A stretch of 64,000 nt of DNA, taken from Bugula neritina. Its lineage: Eukaryota > Animalia > Bryozoa. Shown one piece after another: positions 49,501 through 61,231 of this stretch (position 1 is the stretch's first letter; every line of letters starts with the position of its first letter). The DNA is taken from NCBI GenBank assembly GCA_964035545.1, contig OZ037773.1:10507751-10571750 (forward strand), in the 5' to 3' direction. The translations under genes and the position numbers were made by a program. The notes under the pieces are model-generated. The model was not told the origin of the DNA, searched no databases, and was given only the letters and a program-made list of their open reading frames with translations.

Positions 49501-51305
49501 CTTCATAGGTTGCTTTGACTTCTTTTCGCGTTTTCGAGTTTGTAATGATTTGCATCAACTTAAATTTAGAAGTGGGCTGACAACTTCTGTAGCTTGAGAT
49601 CTAGAGTTGTAATATACATGTATGTTGTTTAATATGAGCTAGACATATCTGACTCTAGAACCACGGCTAAGAGAAGTATAGATATGAACGCAGCATGATG
49701 TATCACTTGAATCATGTAGGTAGTAGTTGCATATGACCTTGCATTGTATAGATATATAGTCTGAGTTAAGTACAGATTGCAGTACACACACTCCACAGAG
49801 ACTGCATCTCAGACTATCTTTGTCATCAAACTCTCGTATGAATTAGCATCAAGCAACCTATTCACTTTCAAGTTACAGAAGAAGTGAACTAAAATTTCCA
49901 GTTTACTACCATCATAGAGTAGTCTGCATTGAAAACTTTCCAAATTTATGAGGTCGCTCTCACAGTACTACTACCCACAGTACTGCTACTCGCAGTACTA
50001 CTACTACTCACAGTACTACTACTATAATAGTAGCTAGAGTCAGCAGCTGAATTGATGACCTCACTTCCTGTTTAGCAGTGTTGAAGAAGAAGAGAAGGAC
50101 TGGAAGCCGTCTATATTGAAGCTGATAGTATTGCTGACCTTCACAATGACCTTCATCACGCTGTCTATGACACTTCTGCTCACTTACACGGAAAATTGGA
50201 AGTTCCTCGAAAGTTTATATTTCTGTTTCATCACGTTTGCTACGATAGGTGAGAGATACATATATAGTCTGTATATATAGTGTACAATAGGTGAGAGACA
50301 CATCCCTGTCTGTATATACTGTTATTTAGTGTTATATATAGTGTATAATATAGTGTGTATATAGTATATATACAGTATATTATAGTTAATATACTGTATA
50401 TAATATAGTGTATATAATGTATATACTGTATATAATATACTGTATATAATATAATGTATATAGTGTATATAATATAGTGTGTAATATTATCCTGTTTGGT
50501 AGGGTTTGGAGACTTGGTCTCCCACCAGCAGACAGAGTATAGACTAAGGTCCCAGGCTGCCTACAGTGCCTTCAACATAATACTCATATTCATTGGCTGC
50601 GCCTGCATGTACAGTCTACTCAACGTCCTCTCTATACTCATCAAAGAGAGGCTCATAGACTCCATCCAGTTCATGACCAGGAAGCTTCCCAGCTGCTACT
50701 ACGACCCGAATCTCAAGGTCGTTGCAAAGAGAGGCAGAAGACATAATGTCAGTTTTGATATCACGTCCAGCGAGACTGAAACGACGACTCCTCGATACGT
50801 GTGGTCTCGGGGTAGTAGCATCTCGTCCCACACTCAGTACAGACAGAACATTGACAATATAGCCTTAGAGGCAAGGAGCAAGCATGTTGACACAGTGAGT
50901 GTGTTGAGTGAGTACGACAAGTGTGTGGTGGCCATAGACGCCCCTCAAGATGATGCTGGAGTTGTCCCCACTAAGCACCAGCTGGAGGTAACCAGGAAGT
51001 CTGTTCACAATCTCTCTCCCGAGCACAACAGACACAGTCTCTGGTCCACTCAGGGCAGTCCTACAAAGTTCCGGAACAAGTCTGCAGACGGAATAGAGGT
51101 GAATCAGAAAAGAGGCGCCCGAAAGAGTTTACATAAACGGGAGACGTACATTGACCTACATCACCTCAATCAGCTGTCTAAGAGCAGAGCTAGCAGACCT
51201 AAGTCTAAGACTTCGTACGCCGCAAAGGTCGGGGGGATGAACATCGTCACCTCAACTCTCCAGGAAGTGATCTCACCAGACTCCTCAGAGTCCGAGTTAG
51301 AATAG
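46552..51305 (+). CDS. Two-pore-domain potassium channel, THIK (KCNK12/13)-like, 5 coding exons
   Basis: M1 NFRFMIILLVLIFYMLTGALIFQ; P1 WSFYGSLYFISTLVLTIG|FGMTFPITKAGK; FNLFLERII; P2 WKFLESLYFCFITFATIG|FGDLVS. GFG in both pores is typical of THIK. Confidence 0.92.
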
Positions 51306-52495
51306 ATCCTCTCTCGTGTTGGTGCTCTATAGTATATGTGTCATGTGTATGATACAGTAAACACTGTCAACCACTTGCTACTGGTGTCAAGTTTATTATA
51401 ACATAGTTAGTTGGCTACAGGGAGAGAATTCTTCAACCACCCAAAATGTGAAGATAACTCCTAATATTTCAGCCTATTGCCCCTTACAGCAATGATTTTC
51501 ATTATTTTTAAAAAGTTTATTTTGTTGAATCTTTGTATTTTTTAGGTAATAATAGTTATATCGACTTTTTAAAAATTGCCCAAGAGCTATATGAATGTCT
51601 TCTATAGCATTTTATATCATGTGCCTTCTAGATCTATGGTTTGTTATAGATTAGTTACTTCTGAAAGTCTCCCACTTGAATACATTGTAAGACCTGTAAG
51701 CAAGCTTTGTATTTCAGTTGCTATACAGTAACTATCAGCACGTGGTAGCTATGGTCACGTGGTAGCTATAGTCACGTGGTAGCTAAGGTCACGTGGTAGC
51801 TGTGAACTGTATGTAATGTAAGCTGGGCTTCAGTTCATAATGAATACAAAAGAAGTACCATGAATATCTGATGTACTATTAATTAATATATTGGTCTTGT
51901 ACATGTGATATCAGACTAATGTAATCTTTACAATAAACAGGTAAACTTTTGGTGATACTTAGGAAGTAAAATGGAGGGTTTATAGAAGTAAACACAAATA
52001 TAAAAATACTGTTAATTATTTTATTTCATTCATCGATGAAAAGATAACAAATAAATAAAATATGATATTACTATACAGACTGGTACGTCTAAAGTTGAGT
52101 TAGCCTCCCACCTCTAAGGAAACAGCAGGAATCGAATAAATGGTGACAACACACTAAGAAGTTGTACAGTAAACAGACTAGTAACTTCAATAGATAGAAG
52201 AGTAGTCAATATCTTTGGATAAATTACAGGATAAATTGGTAGAAATGATAAAAATTCGGTAATTAATTAAGAGAGTGAGTAAGTAGTGCATGTAATGAGC
52301 TGCCAGCATTGCATAGTCTAACTACACACTCTGTTTAGTAGGTAGGAATTGTTTTCCCATGCTGGGAAATGTTAGAGAATTGGGAATCACACAGTTTGTG
52401 ACTAGTTAATACACAGTAGGGAGAGTAACGTCTGCATGGAGTAACATCTGCAGAGAGTAACGTCTGCAGAGAGTAACGTCTGCAGTAAAACAAGC

Positions 52496-55400
52496 TCAAG
52501 GAAGCAGCTCCCTGAAACCTTCTATATACTTTATACTAGTAGACAACCTGCAAAGAAGTAACATATCTCAATATATGTTATGAGAATACAAATGGATAAA
52601 ATGGATATGATATGAGAATACAAATGGATAAAGTGGACATGGTTGTATCACAGTTTACCTGCCGAATGCATTAAAGAGGGAGACAACTTCTACTCTGTTG
52701 AGACGGAAATCACTCTTACTATCATCAGTTAGAATAGACTGGGGACCCATATTCTCACCAGAGAAGAGTATTTTGAGGGCTGTTCCCATGCCCCGTACCT
52801 GTAAGAGAAGAAAGCAGCGGGTTTCAGTATAATATTCAGTCTCTCGCAGTATAAACTCTCCCAAGTCTCTACGCAGAGAGAAAAGCCTGCAGTGATGTAT
52901 AAAGACTGTGTTCCAACCTGTAACTTGCCCCACAGTTTGCACTTGTCACATCCCACACAATCCATTATTCTAGAAATGTTTAGGAACTTCAGTCTAAACT
53001 CTTCCTTCAACTGACTGGCTTCACCTTGAAACAGTTTCGACTCGTCAAAGTGATGAGGAAATTGCCTACAGGAATAGAATCTAGTAGCTGTGATATTACC
53101 AGGGTACACTTTAGTATCTAGTAGCCCTGATATTACCAGAGTACACTATAGTATCTAGCAGGTGTGATATTACCAGGGTGCACTATACTATCTAGTAGAT
53201 GTGATATTATCAGTGTACACTATAGTATCTAGCAGGTGTGATATTATCAGGGTACACTATAGTATCTAGCAGGTGTGATATTACCAGGGTACACTTTAGT
53301 ATCTAGTAGCTGTGATATTACCAGAGTACACTATAGTATCTAGTTGGTGTGATATTACCAGGGTACACTCACGTTATGGTATCTAGTAGCTGTGATATTA
53401 CCAGGGTACACTCACGTTATAGTATCTAGTAGCTGTGATATCGCCATATTGGTCTCCCGGTCAACGACTTCATCTCCCGTGTAGTACAGTTGCTGGACAA
53501 ACAGACAGACAAGAGTCAAAGTGAATCAGTGAAATACTTTTTACTTGTTTCTACCAACTCAAAGAATAACGGTAAAAAAAGTGAGTCCACCCCCCTCATC
53601 CCCCCCCCCCCCCCCCCCCCCGGGATGTGTGCACTCAGCATATCAACGGGATTAGACACTCAGAGGGGAGGATTAGACACTCAGAGGGGAGGATTAGATA
53701 CACAGAGGGGAGGATTAGACACTCAGAGGGGAGGGTTAGATACACAGAGGGGAGGATTAGATACACAGAGGGGAGGATTAGACACTCAGAGGGGAGGATT
53801 AGATACACAGAGGGGAGGATCAGACACACAGAGGGGAGGATTAGACACACAGAGGGGAGAATTAGACACTCAGGGGGGAGGATTAGACACTCAGAGTTCG
53901 TTCAGCATATCCTGTCAACTGACAAGTAAGAGAGACAGATAGCTGATACGGGAGGGGGTGGTGCAACACTCCTGGGATACGCATATCTGATGAGAGGAGG
54001 GGGTGGTGTTACACTCCTGGCACACAGTATCTGATGAGAGGTGGATGACTTACTTTCTTGAGATAGGGGGCTGCCTTTGCCAGAGCCCTGAGCTCTACAA
54101 GGTACGTAAAGTAAAGGTTGCGCAATCGCAGAGGTCCTTGTTTGTTGGTTCTTTTAGGGTCAAACCTCTTGTAGAACTCATTGGGGTTCATTTTCCATTC
54201 ATCTTTCCCGAGTACAGTTTCACCTAGGATATAGTATAACATCACCTAGGATATAGTATAGTATCACCTAGGATATAGTACAGTATCACCTAGAATATAG
54301 TACAGTATCACCTAGGATATAGTATAGTATCACCTAGGATATAGTATAGTATCACCTAGGATATAGTATAGTATCACCTAGGATATAGTATAGTATCACC
54401 TAGGATATAGTATAGTATCACCTAGGATATAGTATAGTATCACCTAGGATACAGTATAGTATCACCTAGGATATAGTATAGTATCACCTAGGATATAGTA
54501 TAGTATCACCTAAGATATAGTATAGTATCACCTAGGATATAGTATAGTATCACCTAGGATATAGTATAGTATCACCTAGGATACAGTATAGTATCACCTA
54601 GGATACAGTATAGTATCACCTAGGATATAGTATAGTATCACCTAAGATATAGTATAGTATCACCTAGGATATAGTATAGTATCACCTAGGATACAGTATA
54701 GTATCACCTAGGATATATTAAACAACAACAACTTACGAGGAAAGAAGTAATTAGCCGACAGGTGGGTGTTTATACTCGTGTGAAGACCAGAGACCATCCG
54801 ATAGAAAGTCCTTTTCTCCAGACACATGGAAGCTGCAAGTAAAGTGAATAACTGTAGAAAACTTACAAACTATTTGAAGACTAGTTATATTATCATATAT
54901 ACTTTTTATCAACATATTAGTAAACACATAAGTTAAAGTCAGACTGATTCTTAACAGGAAATGTTAGAATAACAGGAAATAATTTTGGTAACCATCAACT
55001 GAAATCAAGAGTGTAAATCACAATGAATATAAATCACAATGAATAAAGATTAGTTATAGCAAAGCAAATGTTGTAAGAAGGATAAATCAGAGAGTTTACA
55101 AGAGCAATTGATTACAACATAAAGGAGTAAGACTTACTAGTGAGTCATACTAGTGAGTCGTACTAGTGAGTCGTACTAGTAAGTCATACTAGTACGACTC
55201 ACTAGTACGACTCACTAGTACGACTGGTTTACAAATGCGCAAGTCCTAAGCTGTTAGTCTCGGATCTTTCAGCGGCTCTTGGGACATGAAGGTAAATAAT
55301 TCCAGTATCAATACAAGACAGCAGTGAGAGAGAGACAAGTTAATCTGTGATTACTAACTGCTTAGGACTTGGCGACTGTTGGGAGACAAGTGTTACACTT

Positions 55401-58400
55401 ATAGCACAGGATTTACCATAAAGAGTGGTTGGGTCACCTTCAGGGAATAGTGAGAGATAATAATATTAATAATACTAATAGCAGGGGTGGATAGTATTAG
55501 TAGCAGGGTTATATTAGTAAGGAGTGGATAGTACTAGTAGCAGGGTTATGCCAGTAAGGAGTGTATAGTACTAGTAGCAGGGTTATATTAGTAAGGGGTG
55601 GATAGTACTAGTAGCAGGGGTGAATAGTACTAGTAGCAGGGTTATATTAGTAAGGAGTGGATAGCACTAGTAGCAGGGTTATATCAGTAAGGAGTGGATA
55701 GCAGTGATAGCAAAAGGGGTGTTGCTGTACACACTTACTGGATACAAAATGAGATCTGAAATCTGCATATAAAATTACCAGAACACATACATTATGTTAT
55801 AACAGAAAGAACAGCAAGAAAGGTTACGATTAGAGTCAGCATTGACTTAGTACATGAAGATACAGATGCTGGCTGCATGGAAATACAGATGCTGACTGCA
55901 TGGGGTTAGTGGTAAGTAACTCTGAGTGAACACAGCAAAAGACTGAATGTAGTGCAAGGAGTGCGAAAGGGGGAGTGCGAGGGGCAAAGTAGGGAGCGTT
56001 TTATCAGAAGTAGAGACAGAAACATGGAGACTAACCTGAGGGTATTCCAAAGGTGGCTTCTTCACCTGCCCTGTAATACATTATGTATACACAGTATATA
56101 TACAGTATATAATACAGTATGTAATACAGTATATATACAGTATATAATACAGTATGGCAGGAGTGGATACAGTATATATACAGTATGGCAGGAGTGGATA
56201 CACAGTATATACAGTATGTCAGGAGAGGATACAGAGTATAATAGAGTATGTCAGGAGTGAATACAAGACTACCTTTCATTGAAACAGTTTTCATTGTAGA
56301 TTGAGTTCCATATTTTGTGGGCATCAGAACCAGCATAGGCTGTGTACCTCTCAGGGTTTAGTAGTAAGTTGACATACTCTAGAGTGGGTGACGTCTCATC
56401 TGTACAGATACAGAACCAAGGCTAAGTTGTAACACATATTCTACAAGTTCTATATAATACACTATACACATATTCTACAAGTTCTATAGAATACACTATA
56501 CACATATTCTACAAGTTCTATAGAATATACTATACACATACTCTACAAGTTCTATAGAATACACTATACACATGTTCTACAAGTTCTATAGAATACACTA
56601 TACACATATTCTACAAGTTCTATAGAATATACTATACACGTACTCTACAAGTTCTATAGAATATACTATACACGTACTCTACAAGCTCTATAGAATATAC
56701 TATACACGTACTCTACAAGCTCTATAGAATATACTATACACGTACTCTACAAGCTCTATAGAATATACTATACATGTACTCTACAAGCTCTATAGAATAT
56801 ACTAGAAGCTTTACTCACCATCCAACTCACAGAAGTTATTCTGAGACGCATCATGCCGACTCCAACCCTCGAATGCTTCATTGCTCTCTTCACTAAATCC
56901 AACAACAACAAACATTGAGTCTAAGAAGAGGTCATTTAACCTGCTTCATACTGTGGAATAGTCTCCCCCAGACTATGAGAGGACAACAACAGACACTGTA
57001 ATATATTATACTGTCTCACCTGATAGTCTCATATTATACTGTCTCACCTGATAGTCTCATACTATACTGTCTCACCTGATAGTCTCATACTATACTGTCT
57101 CACCTGATAGTCTCATATTATACTGTCTCACCTGATAGTCTCATACTATACTGTCTCACCTGATAGTCTCATATTATACTGTCTCACCTGATAGTCTCAT
57201 ACTATACTGTCTCACCTGATAGTCTCATACTATACTGTCTCACCTGATAGTCTCATACTATACTGTCTCACCTGATAGTCTCATACTATACTGTCTCACC
57301 TGATAGTCTTATCTACTCTACTCAGCTCCATCTCCGTCTCATCAGCTGCACCACAGCCTGAGTTCTGAGCTGAACTGCTGTATTTCTTAGCAGCATCCAT
57401 GTGGGTCGATTTGGACTCCTCCCCACTCCCATTCTTCAGCCCGTCTGGGATCTCATCCTAGGAATAAATACAACCTTGCACTGTGTGTCAGTTGTATAGT
57501 GACAACCTTGCACTGTGTGTCAGTTGTATAGTGACAACCTTGCACGGTGTGTCAGTTGTATAGTGACAACCTTGCACTGTGTCAGTTGTATAGTGACAAC
57601 CTTGCACTGTGTGTCAGTTGTGTAGTGACAACCTTGCACTGTGTGTCAGTTGTATAGTGACAACCTTGCACTGTGTGTCAGTTGTATAGTGACAACCTTG
57701 CACTGTGTGTCAGTTGTATAGTGACAACCTTGCACTGTGTGTCAGTTGTATAGTGACAACCTTGCACTGTGTGTCAGTTGTATAGTGACCACCTTACACT
57801 GTGTGTCAGTTGTATAGTGACAACCTTGCACTGTGTGTCAGTTGTATAGTGACCACCTTACACTGTGTGTCAGTTGTAACACAAGAGGCGACAAGACATA
57901 GGATATCTACCAAGTAGACTATAGTGCAGATGATGTAGACTACCAGCACTACGGGGACTACCAGCACGTTTATGAGTGATTATAATATAATAAGATGGTA
58001 TTATTTTGATAATCAACGTGTCTAGCTACAAAGAGATGAGTAGAAGGAAGTCACATGACACACCCAGATGCTGGCACTACACACAACACAATAATCTTAT
58101 ATTATAATATATCTCAACTATCTTAAGAGCATAGCCTTAAAGACTCACCTCTGAACATAGCCTTAGAGACTCACCTCTGAATGTAGCCTTAGAGACTCAC
58201 CTCTGAACATAGCCTTAGAGACTCACCTCTGAACATAGCCTTAGAGACTCACCTCTGAACATAGCCTTAGAGACTCACCTCTGAACATAGCCTTAGAGAC
58301 TCACCTCTGAACGTAGCCTTAGAGACTCACCTCTGAATGTAGCCTTAGAGACTCACCTCTGAACATAGCCTTAGAGACTCACCTCTGAACATGACTTCAC

Positions 58401-59115
58401 GCCGCAGTCTTTCAGCATACAATGACCTTTAGCTGACCAGAACTTGCATGGAGCTTGTAAGTCGACCTAAAAGAGAAGTGATGTCATATCCTGAGATAAA
58501 AGTGATGTCATATCCTGAAACAGAAGTGATGTCATATCCTGAGACAGGAGATGTACAATTTAGTGTGTCTGTATACTCACATGGTAGTATTTGAAGTAAT
58601 CTTTCTCAAGCACTGTTACTAGCTTCTGGTGAATATGATTATTGTTGAACTCATCTACACTTTCTACTGTGCATGAGCAGTCGCCGATCTCTCCACCAAG
58701 CTACAATGCCGTCAGCAAATTATTATGATGAAAATAAAACTAACATTGAACTGTAGATAGACATTAACAGAAGTAGTAGGGAGTGTTGGGAGGAAGTCTC
58801 ACAACTCAGTTGTGAATACTGACAGTTAGTAAATAGATCACATGACCTTTCCATATGCCAAAAAACTGCAGAAGGGAATTACATGTATGTAAACTACAGG
58901 CTTAACACCAGGGAGTGTTTTACTCACAAACGTCAGGCACGCAGAGATGGCTGAAGGTCACACAGGCATGTATTAGAAGACAAACTAACCTTACAAAAAC
59001 ACGAACTTTCTCCGGTATTTGTGCTCTTAAGAAATTCAGCACCGAGTGCGGGGCTGATGAGCTGGCAGGTGGCGATTCCACCAATAATCAAAGCAACTGA
59101 AATAGTTTTCCTCAT
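52496..59115 (-). CDS. ERO1: ER oxidoreductin 1
   Basis: Signal peptide [11 protein letters not shown]; CFCK|[10 protein letters not shown]; [17 protein letters not shown]; [16 protein letters not shown]; [22 protein letters not shown]; [18 protein letters not shown]; [21 protein letters not shown] (CxxCxxC active site). Confidence 0.96.
53650..53895. repeat. 21-bp G-rich minisatellite next to a poly-C tract (Ero1 intron)
   Basis: (GATTAGACACTCAGAGGGGAG)n; C-run at ~53600-53621. Confidence 0.92.
54221..54716. repeat. 22-bp minisatellite containing the 3' splice site and exon start (about 22 copies)
   Basis: Minus-strand unit TACTATACTATATCCTAG|GTGA; the real junction is TATCCTAG|GTGAAACT. 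Confidence 0.95.
57005..57309. repeat. 28-bp minisatellite containing the exon end and 5' splice site (about 11 copies)
   Basis: Minus-strand unit contains AGACTATCAG|GTGAGAC. Confidence 0.95.
57470..57878. repeat. 32-bp intronic minisatellite (Ero1)
   Basis: (ACAACCTTGCACTGTGTGTCAGTTGTATAGTG)n. Confidence 0.95.
58128..58390. repeat. 26-bp minisatellite containing the exon end and 5' splice site (about 10 copies)
   Basis: Minus-strand unit contains ATGTTCAGAG|GTGAGTCT. Confidence 0.95.
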
Positions 59116-61231
59116 TGATTCTTCATTCGCGAAAACCATAAGACTTAATTTCTGAATAAATTTAATATCAATATTAGTTGCACAGGTAGGCTTAGAGTAC
59201 ATAAGCCAAATTTTAGCAAAAGAAACATTTGTTACCATAGCTTCAGCACAATAAATCTGTAAAATGTATTAGTAAACTTAGTAAATAATACTACACAAAA
59301 CTTGACACTAACTGGTAAAACCTAGTTTACCTATTTTAATTTCAACATTGTCTCTTGGAAACTGTTTTACCGAGCAACTTAAAATAGCCAGCCTAATTTA
59401 ACTTACAAAATGAAATTCAAATTGATTAACAAGCAACCACAATGACAATCAGCAACTACATAGTGATAGTACTAGTACATAAACTTATATCATAATCATA
59501 TCAAATTATCATGAAGACTTGGCCATTCACTAGTCATGCTTTACTTTTACTCACAGACATACTACTACTTAGTTATACTGGATCAACATGATACTGAGCC
59601 TGATACAGTATGAGTAACACTATCAGTATGACTATCACTATGACTATCAATATGAATATGAGTATGACTATCAGTATCACTATGAGTATGACTATCACTA
59701 TCACTATGAGTATGAGTGTGAGCATGTACTGGTAGCATGTGAATAATCTAAATATTTCAGATACTAATAATGATAGTAATACAGCGCACATTACTTGAGT
59801 TTAAAAAAATATAGTCAGGCAGAATCTTAATTCGCTTGTTGACACTAATTACTTATTAGTATATATCGTGTATGATCACTATCACGTTTACTAGAGTTTT
59901 AGTTTATATACCTATTTTTGTTTGGGCGAATTATGTTGAATACCGGACACATTCGCGCTTCTAGCACAAGCATTCTAAATTATAACTATTAAAGGCGTAA
60001 TTTTTATTTAATTAACATTTTAGTTTAAAATTAAATTAAATTTAATTATTAAATAATAAATTTACAAATATTTAATTTTATTGCAATTAAAAAATATGTT
60101 TTATTGCTCAGCGAACTAATATTATTAGAAATCGAAACTAATACACGTGTAACTCAAAGAAATATCTAATACACAATATTGAAAAGTCGTGATTGAAGAC
60201 TTTGTAGATAAAACATCGTACTCGACCGAAATATTGCCGTATAAATAATGCAGTTTTTCAGTCTAAAATTCTGGTCCCGTATACACGCCTTGACCTTTGG
60301 GTTCAGACGAATTGCATTCAACTTCTGCTAAAACTAAAAGTGAATCACTATAACTAATAACTGTCACTATGGCTGTGAGTGAGTATGTGTCATCTCGAGG
60401 GTCTGTAAGGTATATAACTAACATTTCACTAATCAGTACAATTAGTATACAACATTTTAATCGGTATGTGAGAGTATTGGTAGTATATTTACTCAAATGT
60501 GTAAGTAAATATTAATTTGCAATTAGAATTTAGAAATAAAAAGCAATAATCATAATGATAGTGAGGGGTAGTGTATGCTCCCCATGTTAAAGCTGCTGAG
60601 GGTCATCACTGTTGAGGACTCAGGCTTTGATGCAGTTGCTGAGGCTACATGAGTTGATGAGAAGGTAAACCTTTGTATAAAAGAAATAAAAGACATTATC
60701 ATTATGGTGATTATGAAACAGTTTATAATAATAATTATAAATAGGTACTGGTTGGGTTGAGTTTGAAGTAAAAATGAGCAGAGAAAATTATTTGAATGTA
60801 AAAGGGAGAGAATTGCACTAAGAATCTAAATTGGGGGTAAAAGAAGCGCAGGTGGATAGAGGTGCAAGTGGGAGAGCAGTTATGCTGCATATAATCGTGA
60901 CGCTGATGCAACCATTAATGTTACTATGGCTACCATAAATACAAATAGATTACTTGTGGAAACTGATGGCATAATAATTAACTTCCCTTGTGTTTGAAGC
61001 TATCATCCATGTTAAAAGTTTTAGCCATGGTCAATAAAAGATCATCAATTATTTTCATTTATTGATTTTATCTTGTAGTCATAAAAGAAATTGGGATTCA
61101 TCTACACCCTTGGGAATGCCATCATATGAATATTTATGGCGCATTGGGGATTTCTCTTCTATGATATTGCAAACATCAGTTTCACCTCAGAGTAGCTCCT
61201 GAGTGCCAGTTTAGTGGTTTGTTGTGTGACG

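Noticed and set aside
60255-61200. Exon-like GC-richer blocks on the minus strand between Ero1 and the Ly6 gene
   Set aside because: I could not join them into a consistent reading frame or recognise any homology.
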